A stretch of DNA of 64,000 nucleotides, from positions 9,474 through 73,473 of the forward strand of contig JBKPCV010000046.1 in NCBI GenBank assembly GCA_046727575.1, read 5' to 3'. This document shows, one piece after another, positions 9,095 through 16,728 of this stretch. Each line of letters begins with the position of its first letter. The stretch's first letter is position 1. Source of the stretch: Actinomycetota bacterium. GTDB taxonomy: Bacteria; Actinomycetota; Acidimicrobiia; IMCC26256; DASPTH01. The notes beneath the pieces were generated by a model. The model was not told where the DNA came from, did not search any database, and saw only the letters and a list, made by a program, of their open reading frames with translations. A program made the position numbers and the translations under genes.

Positions 9095-10339
9095 TTGCGA
9101 CGAGTGAGAGCCCTGGGAGTCGGCACCGTCGTGACGGCGCTGACGCTCGCCGCGGTGCTGCCCCTGGCTCCGGCGGCAACGGCGGCGAAGCCGCGGAACG
9201 TCTACACGCCGGTCCTCGCGGCGCAGCTCGCGCCGGTCAACCCCGCGCCCTTCCTCGGAACCGACCGCAAGTACCACGTGCTGTACGAGCTGCGTCTGTC
9301 GAACCGAGGCCCGGTTGGCGCGACGCTGCAAGAGATCGACGTGTTCGACGCCGAGACACGCGCCACGATCCACACCTACGCAGGCGCTGAGCTCCAAGCG
9401 CGCATCCGTGACATCGGCGGCGTGAGCGCGCCCGACCCCGTGATCGCGCCCGGTGGCGAGCGGCTGTTCCTGGTCGACTTGACGTTCGGGCTCAGCGCGA
9501 GCTTGCCCGTCGCTGTCGGGCACCGGTTCCAAGTGCTCGCTGCCAAGAGCCCGAGTTCCAGGGAAGCGTCGGCGGTGAGCTATCCGATCGCGACGGTGAC
9601 GTTCGACGGTCCGCCGCCCGTCGTGCTCGTGCCGCCTGTGCGCGGGAACGGGTGGGTCGTGACCAACGGTTGCTGCGACGTCGGCAACACGAACCGCACG
9701 ACGATCCTCCCCGTCAACGGCGCGTTGTGGAGCCCGCTTCGGGTGGCGATGGACCTCACGCAGCTCGACGATGCCGGCCTGTTCGTCCACGACGACGCCG
9801 CGCAGCTCGGCAACTACACGGGCTACGGCGCCGACGTGCTGTCGGTCGGCCCCGGGAGGGTGGTCGCGCTCCTCAACACGCTGCCCGACCGGCCGGCCGG
9901 CGCGCCGCCGGATTCGGCAGCGTCGAGCTTCGAGAGCTCGGACGGCAATTACGTCGTCGTCGATCTCGGGAACGGGACGTATGCGTTCTACGGAAACCTG
10001 CAACCCGGATCGCTGACCGTGCAGGTCGGTGACACGGTCCAACGACGCGAAGTGCTCGGGACGATCGGTAACAGCGGAGACAGTGCGTTCCCGCACCTGC
10101 AGTTCCGACTGATGAGCGGCGGGTCGCCATTCGGCTCCGACGGGCTGCCGTTCGTGTTGGGGGGTTTTGCCTACGAGGGCCAGCTCGACGCGGCGAAATT
10201 CTTCGCGGAGGGGGTCACCGGCGACTACCAAGAGAGCCGGTCCGTCCGGCCCGATCCGCGTCGACGGGAGCTGCCGCTCGGCTTCGCGATCATCGACTTC
10301 GGCCAGCCGGGTGGCGGCGGAGCCGTCGGACGTACGTAG
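9095..10339 (+). CDS. secreted M23/LytM-like domain protein (metal-ligand motifs appear degenerate)
   Basis: Signal-peptide-like N-terminus (ALTLAAVLPLAPAATAAK). C-terminal region GADVLSVGPGRVVAL...DGNYVVVDLGNGTYAFYGNL...VGDTVQRREVLGTIGNSGDSAFPHLQFRL has M23 topology, but HLQ replaces HxH. Confidence 0.65.
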   Translation: MRRVRALGVGTVVTALTLAAVLPLAPAATAAKPRNVYTPVLAAQLAPVNPAPFLGTDRKYHVLYELRLSNRGPVGATLQEIDVFDAETRATIHTYAGAELQARIRDIGGVSAPDPVIAPGGERLFLVDLTFGLSASLPVAVGHRFQVLAAKSPSSREASAVSYPIATVTFDGPPPVVLVPPVRGNGWVVTNGCCDVGNTNRTTILPVNGALWSPLRVAMDLTQLDDAGLFVHDDAAQLGNYTGYGADVLSVGPGRVVALLNTLPDRPAGAPPDSAASSFESSDGNYVVVDLGNGTYAFYGNLQPGSLTVQVGDTVQRREVLGTIGNSGDSAFPHLQFRLMSGGSPFGSDGLPFVLGGFAYEGQLDAAKFFAEGVTGDYQESRSVRPDPRRRELPLGFAIIDFGQPGGGGAVGRT

Positions 10340-10362
10340 CGTCCGTCGCCGGGTTCCTGACG

Positions 10363-10917
10363 GTGTCGTCGACCGCCCGGAGACTGTTGGTAGCGACGCC
10401 GACCTTGCTCGATCCGAACTTCTTCCGGACCGTCGTGTTCATCATCGAGCACACAGCCGAGGGCGCGCTCGGCGTGGTGCTGAACCGACCGTCGACCGCG
10501 GATCTCACCGATGCGCTGCCCGACTGGTCTCATCTCGCGGCGGAACCGCCGGTCGCATTCGTCGGCGGACCGGTACAGGCGCGGGAAGCGGTGATCGGAT
10601 TGGGGCGCGCCGCCGCGGTCGGCAGCGGTGAGGGGTGGGAGCCCTTGCTCGATCGCATGGGGAGCGTCGACCTCGGGCGCACGCCGTTAGAGGTCCATCC
10701 CACGATCGAAGCGGTGCGCGTTTTCGCGGGATACGCCGCCTGGGGTGCGGGCCAGCTCGACGGTGAACTCTCGGTTGACGGGTGGTACGTCGTCGACGCC
10801 CAGCCCGACGACCTGCTCACCTCCGAGCCGGATCTGCTGTGGCGGACGGTGCTCCGCCGTCAAGGAGGTGACCTCGCCGTCGCCGCCAACTTTCCGCTCG
10901 ATCCGCGGACGAACTGA
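10363..10917 (+). CDS. YqgE/AlgH family protein (UPF0301)
   Basis: LLVATPTLLDPNFFRTVVFIIEHTAEGALGVVLNRPS is characteristic of the family. Confidence 0.8.
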   Translation: MSSTARRLLVATPTLLDPNFFRTVVFIIEHTAEGALGVVLNRPSTADLTDALPDWSHLAAEPPVAFVGGPVQAREAVIGLGRAAAVGSGEGWEPLLDRMGSVDLGRTPLEVHPTIEAVRVFAGYAAWGAGQLDGELSVDGWYVVDAQPDDLLTSEPDLLWRTVLRRQGGDLAVAANFPLDPRTN

Positions 10918-10937
10918 CCGCGGGTAACGTCGCCTTC

Positions 10938-11651
10938 GTGCCCGACGACGACATCGACCGTGTCCTCGTAGTAATCGCGCATCCCGACGACGTCGACTTT
11001 GGTGTCGCAGGCAGCGTCGCCCGATGGACCGATGCGGGGATCGATGTCGCGTACTGCATCGTGACCGACGGCGAAGCCGGAGGCCGCCACACTGGCATCG
11101 GACCGGCGGAGCTCGCAGACCTGCGACGCGTGGAGCAGACGAACGCGGCCAAGGTCGTCGGCGTGACGGACCTCACCTTCCTCGGCTATCCGGACGGTCG
11201 ACTCGAGTCGTCGATCGAGCTGCGACGCGACATCACCCGCGTGATCCGCCGCTGTCGTCCTGATCGCGTCGTGTGCCCGTCCCCCGATCGCAACTACCAA
11301 CGCATCCAGGCAAGCCATCCGGACCATCTCGCGTGCGGCGACGCCGCACTGTCGGCGGTGTACCCCGACGCCCGGAACCCGTTCGCGCATCCCGAGCTGC
11401 TCGAGGAGGGCTTCGAGCCGTGGGTTGTGGGCGAGATCTTCCTGTTCACGGCCGGCGAGCCGAACGTGTTCGTCGACATCACCGACACGGTCGATCGCAA
11501 GATCGAGGCGCTGCGCTGTCACGTGAGCCAGATGCCCGACCCGGTTGGCATCGAGCAACGGATGCGCAGCGGGGGGGAGGTGACGGCCGAGCGGGCGGGG
11601 TTCCCGAGGGGACGTCTGGCCGAGGGATTCGTGCGCGTCGAATCGCAATGA
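10938..11651 (+). CDS. PIG-L/LmbE family deacetylase (paralog 1)
   Basis: VLVVIAHPDDVDFGVAGSVARWTDAGIDVAYCIVTDGEAGG (AHPDD motif). Confidence 0.8.
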   Translation: MPDDDIDRVLVVIAHPDDVDFGVAGSVARWTDAGIDVAYCIVTDGEAGGRHTGIGPAELADLRRVEQTNAAKVVGVTDLTFLGYPDGRLESSIELRRDITRVIRRCRPDRVVCPSPDRNYQRIQASHPDHLACGDAALSAVYPDARNPFAHPELLEEGFEPWVVGEIFLFTAGEPNVFVDITDTVDRKIEALRCHVSQMPDPVGIEQRMRSGGEVTAERAGFPRGRLAEGFVRVESQ

Positions 11652-12295
11652 GCCGTCGTGCCGGCTCGACAGGTTGCGACGGAGCCAAGACGGAGTCCGA
11701 GACCCGACTCCTCCTCGTACGCCACGGTCAGTCGACCTGGAACGCCAACGGACGCTGGCAGGGCCACGCCGACCCGCCCCTCTCGGCCCTCGGCGAGGAG
11801 CAGGCCGCCGACGCCGCGGCCCACCTGCCCGAGGTCGACGCGCTCTGGACGTCCGATCTCGCGCGTGCGCGCCGAACGGCCGAGATCGTCGCAGGCCGCC
11901 TCGGGCTTCCCGTACGGGTGGAGTCGAGGCTGCGCGAACGCGACGCCGGCGAGTGGCAGGGCCACACCCGAGGCGAGATCGAGGAGCGCTGGCCGGGATT
12001 CCTCACGTCGGGACGACGTCCCCCGGGATACGAGGACGACGAGGCCTTGCTCGCGCGTGTCCTGGCTGCGGTGGCCGAGATCGGGGCGGAGCACGAGGGG
12101 ACGTCGGTCCTCGTGGTGACGCACGGCGGCATCGTGCGCACGCTCGAGCGCCACCTCGGCGACGGCGACTCAGGCCTGCTCCCGAACCTCGGTGGTCGGT
12201 TCCTCGTGCGTCGGCGCGACGACGAGGGCTGGGCGCTCGGCAAACGCGTGTTGCTCGTCGAGGACGCCCCGGTCACGAGGCCGAATCAGATCTGA
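11648..12295 (+). CDS. histidine phosphatase superfamily protein (phosphoglycerate-mutase-like)
   Basis: ATG 11648 overlaps the stop of the PIG-L gene (ATGA). RHG motif LLLVRHGQSTWN and second His region VVTHGG. The ORF-track N-terminal extension from 11273 overlaps the PIG-L gene in another frame and is rejected. Confidence 0.8.
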   Translation: MSRRAGSTGCDGAKTESETRLLLVRHGQSTWNANGRWQGHADPPLSALGEEQAADAAAHLPEVDALWTSDLARARRTAEIVAGRLGLPVRVESRLRERDAGEWQGHTRGEIEERWPGFLTSGRRPPGYEDDEALLARVLAAVAEIGAEHEGTSVLVVTHGGIVRTLERHLGDGDSGLLPNLGGRFLVRRRDDEGWALGKRVLLVEDAPVTRPNQI

Positions 12296-12326
12296 TCTCG
12301 GCGCGCGGACGCCGCCGGACCGCATA

Positions 12327-12338
12327 AACTGGCCAGTT
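12327..12338. promoter_or_regulatory. perfect 12-bp palindrome AACTGGCCAGTT upstream of the helicase gene
   Basis: Self-complementary by direct reading. It ends 23 nt upstream of the TTG start at 12362. Confidence 0.35.
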
Positions 12339-12361
12339 CCCCGATCCGGGAGCACGCGCCT

Positions 12362-14686
12362 TTGACCGAGCCGGAAGCGGCCGAGAGCGAACAGCTCGAG
12401 GCGGAGCAGCGGCACCTCGATGCCGCCTACGCGCGGCTCGACGCCATGCGGCGGGCAGCGGAGCGGGTGGCGGAGGGGTACTCGGTCCAGCAGGGCGGCA
12501 CCCTCCAGGCCCGCCTCGAACGCGAGGCCGCCGAGGCGAATACCCGCCGCCGGCTCGCTGCGCTCGACATCGGCGACGCGCCCTTGTGCTTCGGACGCCT
12601 CGACCTCGTCCCTGACCAGGCCCGAGGGGACGACCCTGCGTCGGCGGGACCGTTCTACATCGGACGGATCTCTGTGAACGACGAGGATCTCGTCCCGCTC
12701 GTCGTCGACTGGCGGGCCCCGGTGGCGGAGCCGTTCTATCGGGCGACGGCGGTGGAGCCGCTCGGCGTCGCCCGCCGCCGTCACTTCCAGACGCACGGGC
12801 GGCGCCTCATCGCGATCGACGACGAGGTGTTCGACCCCGATTCGACCGAGGGCACCGGCCTCACCGTCGTCGGCGAGGGCGCGCTGCTCGCGGCGCTCGA
12901 GCAGCAGCGCACGGGTCGCATGCGCGACATCGTCGCCACGATCCAGGCGGAACAGGACGAAGCGATCCGCGCGCCGATCACGGGGATCTCCATCGTCGCC
13001 GGCGGGCCCGGGACGGGGAAGACCGCAGTGGCGCTCCATCGCGCCGCGTACCTCCTCTATTCGTACCGGAAGCGGCTGGCCGCGCAGGGCGTGCTGCTCG
13101 TCGGACCGAGCCCGATCTTCCTCCGCTACATCGAAGAGGTGCTCCCGTCGCTGGGTGAGGACGAGGTCGTGCTTGCAACGCCGTCCTCGCTGAAGCCGAC
13201 CGTCCGCGTCCGCGCCAACGAACCGCCGCCTGTCGCGCTGGTGAAGGGTGACCGCCGCATGGCCCAGGTGATCGCCGGAGCGGTCGCCGACCGGGAGCGC
13301 CCGATGCCGCGTGACGTCGTCGTCTCAGTCGACGGCTTCGGGTTGCGGCTGCGGCGACGCGACTCGGCTCGCATCGTGGAACGCGCGCGCGGGCGGCGCG
13401 GCACGCACAACGAACGACGCCCGTACGTCGCCGGCCTCGTCGTCGACCACTTCCGCCGCGAATACCGGCGCGCGCTCACTGCGGCGTACCGCGACCGCGA
13501 CGCCGTCGACGACGTGACGGTCGCCGCGATGCTCGCCCGCGGCGAGCCGGCGCCCGAGGAGTGGGAAGAGGAGCTTGCCGACAGCCTGCGCCGGGCGCCC
13601 GAGCTCAGGGCTGCGCTCGAACGCATGTGGCCCGTGCTGAGCGGGGCAGAGTTGGTGAACGACTTGTTCGGATTCGAGGCGCTGATCCGGTCGGCGGCGG
13701 GGGGCGTACTCACCGCCGACGAAGCGCGACTGCTGGTGCGCGATCGCGACCCCGACGTGCGCGACGTCCTCTGGACCGAGTCGGACCTGCCGCTCATCGA
13801 CGAAGCAGACGCGCTGCTCGGGCCCCGGAGCGCGGCGCGACCGCGGCGGCGGCGCCGTGGGCGACGCAACGAGGCGCTGGAGATGGCGCGGCGCACGGTC
13901 GCCGAGCTGGGTGTAGGTGGTGCGGTGTCGGCCGAGCAGGTGCTCGAGCGGTACGGCAGCGACGACGGCGGAGCGATGGTCGAGTCCGACGGCGAGCCGC
14001 GCACGTTCGGCCACGTGCTCGTGGACGAGGCGCAGGACCTCACGCCGATGCAGTGGCTCATGCTTGCCCGGCGTTGTCCGTCGGGCTCGATGACGCTCGT
14101 CGGCGACTTCGGCCAGGCGAGCCGCGCTGGCGCGCTGTCCGACTGGGACGACGTGCTCGCGAACGTGAACGTTCGGATGCCGCCGCGTCGGGTCACGCTC
14201 TCGGTGAACTACCGGACGCCGGCGGAGATCATGGAGGTCGCCAACCGGCTGTTGCCGGCCGCCGCGCCCGGTATCGAGCCTGCGCGACCCGTTCGCAGCA
14301 CCGGTGCCGTGCCCCGCGTCGAGTCGGTCGGCGCCGACCGGGTGATCGGCACCGCAGCCGCGGCGGCGCGTCGCGCGTCGACCGCGGGCGGAACGGTCGC
14401 GGTGATCGCGCCGCCCGCGCTGCACGGCGCGCTCGCGGAAGTGCTGCGCGACGATGGGGCGGTCGCCGACTCCGTCGACGCGATCGACGCGCCGATCGCG
14501 GTCTTGGTGCCACTGGACGCCAAGGGACTCGAGTTCGACCATGTCGTCGTCGTCGAGCCCGCACAGCTCGTGTCCCCCGACGCCGCCGGCTTGCGCCTCC
14601 TCTACGTCGTGCTCACGCGCGCGACGCGCCAGCTCGTCGTCGTGCACGCGGAACCATTGCCGGAAGCGCTCGGTCTCGGCGTGTGA
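12362..14686 (+). CDS. helD: HelD-like UvrD-family helicase / RNA polymerase-associated ATPase
   Basis: 774 aa. N-terminal coiled-coil-like region, FYIGRISV...LVVDWRAPVAEPFY (HelD signature as I recall it), Walker A GGPGTGKT, VDEAQDL, and C-terminal LLYVVLTRATRQL. Confidence 0.8.
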   Translation: MTEPEAAESEQLEAEQRHLDAAYARLDAMRRAAERVAEGYSVQQGGTLQARLEREAAEANTRRRLAALDIGDAPLCFGRLDLVPDQARGDDPASAGPFYIGRISVNDEDLVPLVVDWRAPVAEPFYRATAVEPLGVARRRHFQTHGRRLIAIDDEVFDPDSTEGTGLTVVGEGALLAALEQQRTGRMRDIVATIQAEQDEAIRAPITGISIVAGGPGTGKTAVALHRAAYLLYSYRKRLAAQGVLLVGPSPIFLRYIEEVLPSLGEDEVVLATPSSLKPTVRVRANEPPPVALVKGDRRMAQVIAGAVADRERPMPRDVVVSVDGFGLRLRRRDSARIVERARGRRGTHNERRPYVAGLVVDHFRREYRRALTAAYRDRDAVDDVTVAAMLARGEPAPEEWEEELADSLRRAPELRAALERMWPVLSGAELVNDLFGFEALIRSAAGGVLTADEARLLVRDRDPDVRDVLWTESDLPLIDEADALLGPRSAARPRRRRRGRRNEALEMARRTVAELGVGGAVSAEQVLERYGSDDGGAMVESDGEPRTFGHVLVDEAQDLTPMQWLMLARRCPSGSMTLVGDFGQASRAGALSDWDDVLANVNVRMPPRRVTLSVNYRTPAEIMEVANRLLPAAAPGIEPARPVRSTGAVPRVESVGADRVIGTAAAAARRASTAGGTVAVIAPPALHGALAEVLRDDGAVADSVDAIDAPIAVLVPLDAKGLEFDHVVVVEPAQLVSPDAAGLRLLYVVLTRATRQLVVVHAEPLPEALGLGV

Positions 14687-14777
14687 GCTCGGCCTTATTT
14701 TGCCTGAGCGTCGAGGTGAGTGGATGCGGGGCGCAGGTACCCTCGATGACGGTGCGCTCGCTGCGGCCCGGTGCACG

Positions 14778-14821
14778 TGAGCGAGCGACCGCGAGCCCGG
14801 TATCCGGGCGAGCAGCGAGCG
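14778..14821 (+). repeat. dispersed intergenic hairpin element, variant copy
   Basis: TGAGCGAGCG-acc-GCGAGCCCGGTATCCGGGCGAGCAGCGAGCG. The 31-nt core differs from the copies at 40.5 kb and 45.7 kb only at 14798 and 14806, which are the two partners of one stem base pair. Confidence 0.8.
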
Positions 14822-14856
14822 AGCCATCGTGCTGGCACCGAGAGCGGAGATCAGGC

Positions 14857-16653
14857 ATGACGATCACCGAGACGGACCGGACTGCGGCGGACGTCGCGTG
14901 GGACATCGAACCGCTCGTCGACGGCAAGCGCGACGCCGGCGTCGACACGTTGCTCGACGACGCCGAGCGACGCGCACGCGCGCTCTCGGACTACCGGGGC
15001 CGGATCGGCACGCTCGACGCCGCGGAGCTGGCGACGCTGATGCACCAGGTCGCGGCTATCGCCGACATCGTGGGGCGTGCCGACTCGTACGCGGGCTTGC
15101 GGTTCGCAGTCGACACCCAGGACCCGGCCAACGGCGCGCTGATGGCGCGCGCCGAGGAGCGATCTACCGCCATCAACAACGAGCTCATCTTCGTCGAGCT
15201 CGAATGGGTGGCGGTCGACGACGATCGCGCCGCCGAGCTCCTCGCCGACGAGCGGCTCGCGTTCTGCCGTCATCACCTGGAATCGGCTCGCCGCTACCGA
15301 CCGCATCTATTGAGCGAGCCCGAGGAGGTGATCCTTTCCGACAAGTCCCTCACCGCGAACAGCGCGTGGGTCCGGCTGTTCTCGGAGCTCACCTCGGCGC
15401 TGACCGTCGACCTCGACGGCACGTCCGTCAGCCTCGAAGAAGGCCTCTCGCGTCTCATGTCACCGGATCGGGACGTGCGTCGCGCCGCAGCCGACGCGGT
15501 CACCGGCGCGCTGGCACCGGGACTGCGCACGCGGGCGTTCGTGTTCAACACCTTGCTCGTCGACAAGTCGATCGACGATCGGATCCGTCATTACAACAGC
15601 TGGATCGCGAGCCGCAACCTCGGCAACGAAGCGAGTGACGAGTCGGTTGAGGCGCTCGTCACCGCGGTGCAAGCGCGGTACGACATCCCGCAACGGTGGT
15701 ACACGCTCAAGGCGAAGCTCCTCGGGCTCGACCGGATCGCCGATTTCGATCGCATGGCTTCGGTCGCGTCGGCCGACCAGGAGTTCGGCTGGACCGAAGC
15801 TCGCGACCTCGTGCTCGACGCGTACGCGTCGTTCTCCACGAAGCTCGCGGACACCGCGCGGCGCTTCTTCGACGAGTCGTGGATCGACGCACCCGTACGC
15901 CCCGGGAAGCGCCCCGGTGCGTTCTGCGCGTACACGGTCCCGAGCGCGCATCCGTACCTGCTGCTCAACTGGACCTCGCGCCGTCGGGACGTGCTCACCC
16001 TCGCCCACGAGATGGGCCACGGCCTGCACGCGTACCTCGCGCGCGACCAGGGGATCTTTCACCAGAGCACGCCCTTGACCCTGGCCGAGACCGCGTCGGT
16101 GTTCGGCGAGACGGTCACGTTCGGGCGGCTCCTCGACGCGACATCCGACCCCGAGGCTCGCCTCGCGCTGCTCGCCGAGAGCCTCGAGGGCCAGATCGCG
16201 ACGGTCTTCCGCCAGGTCGCGATGAACCGTTACGAGGATCGCGTGCACAACCAGCGACGCGACCAGGGCGAGCTCTCTGTCGATCAGTTCAACGAGGCGT
16301 GGGCCGAGACGCAGGCCGCGATGCTCGGCGACTCCGTCGAGATCACGGAGGGCTATCGCACGTGGTGGTCGTACATCCCGCACTTCATGGGCACGCCGGG
16401 ATACGTCTACGCGTACTCCTACGGCCAGCTGCTCGCGCTGTCGGTGTACCGCGCGTATGAGCAGCAAGGTGCCGACTTCGTCCCGAGGTACCTCGAGATG
16501 CTCGCCGCCGGTGGGTCGCGCTCGCCCGAGGAGCTCGGGAGGATCGTCGGCCTCGACCTCGAGGATCCCGCGTTCTGGGACGGCGGTCTCGCGATCGTCG
16601 CCGACCAGCTCGCCGCCGCGGAAGCCGCGGCGCGGGAGTCCGGGCGCCTCTGA
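14857..16653 (+). CDS. M3 family oligoendopeptidase (PepF-like)
   Basis: ATG at 14857 preceded by GGAG. Zinc motif LAHEMGHGLH. The 1030-aa ORF-track version includes a spurious N-terminal extension over helD. Confidence 0.85.
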   Translation: MTITETDRTAADVAWDIEPLVDGKRDAGVDTLLDDAERRARALSDYRGRIGTLDAAELATLMHQVAAIADIVGRADSYAGLRFAVDTQDPANGALMARAEERSTAINNELIFVELEWVAVDDDRAAELLADERLAFCRHHLESARRYRPHLLSEPEEVILSDKSLTANSAWVRLFSELTSALTVDLDGTSVSLEEGLSRLMSPDRDVRRAAADAVTGALAPGLRTRAFVFNTLLVDKSIDDRIRHYNSWIASRNLGNEASDESVEALVTAVQARYDIPQRWYTLKAKLLGLDRIADFDRMASVASADQEFGWTEARDLVLDAYASFSTKLADTARRFFDESWIDAPVRPGKRPGAFCAYTVPSAHPYLLLNWTSRRRDVLTLAHEMGHGLHAYLARDQGIFHQSTPLTLAETASVFGETVTFGRLLDATSDPEARLALLAESLEGQIATVFRQVAMNRYEDRVHNQRRDQGELSVDQFNEAWAETQAAMLGDSVEITEGYRTWWSYIPHFMGTPGYVYAYSYGQLLALSVYRAYEQQGADFVPRYLEMLAAGGSRSPEELGRIVGLDLEDPAFWDGGLAIVADQLAAAEAAARESGRL

Positions 16654-16662
16654 CACCCATCT

Positions 16663-16713
16663 CCAACCTGCGTCAATTCGCCGCGGTATACGCGACGAAT
16701 TGACGCAAGTTGG
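16663..16713. terminator. long hairpin between convergent genes (23-nt arms, 5-nt loop, 2 mismatches)
   Basis: CCAACCTGCGTCAATTCGCCGCG-GTATA-CGCGACGAATTGACGCAAGTTGG. It lies between the M3 peptidase stop (16653) and the DUF885 stop (16729). Confidence 0.6.
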
Positions 16714-16728
16714 CAGTGAGATGAGGGA

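Noticed and set aside
14724-14780. 18-codon upstream ORF (MRGAGTLDDGALAAARCT) ending at the TGA that starts the repeat element
   Set aside because: There is no supporting conservation or motif. It is likely a chance ORF in GC-rich sequence.
13561-14856. N-terminal 432-aa extension of the M3 peptidase ORF (the ORF track gives 1030 aa)
   Set aside because: The extension overlaps helD in another frame and is low-complexity. A good ATG with GGAG at 14857 gives a normal-length PepF-like protein.
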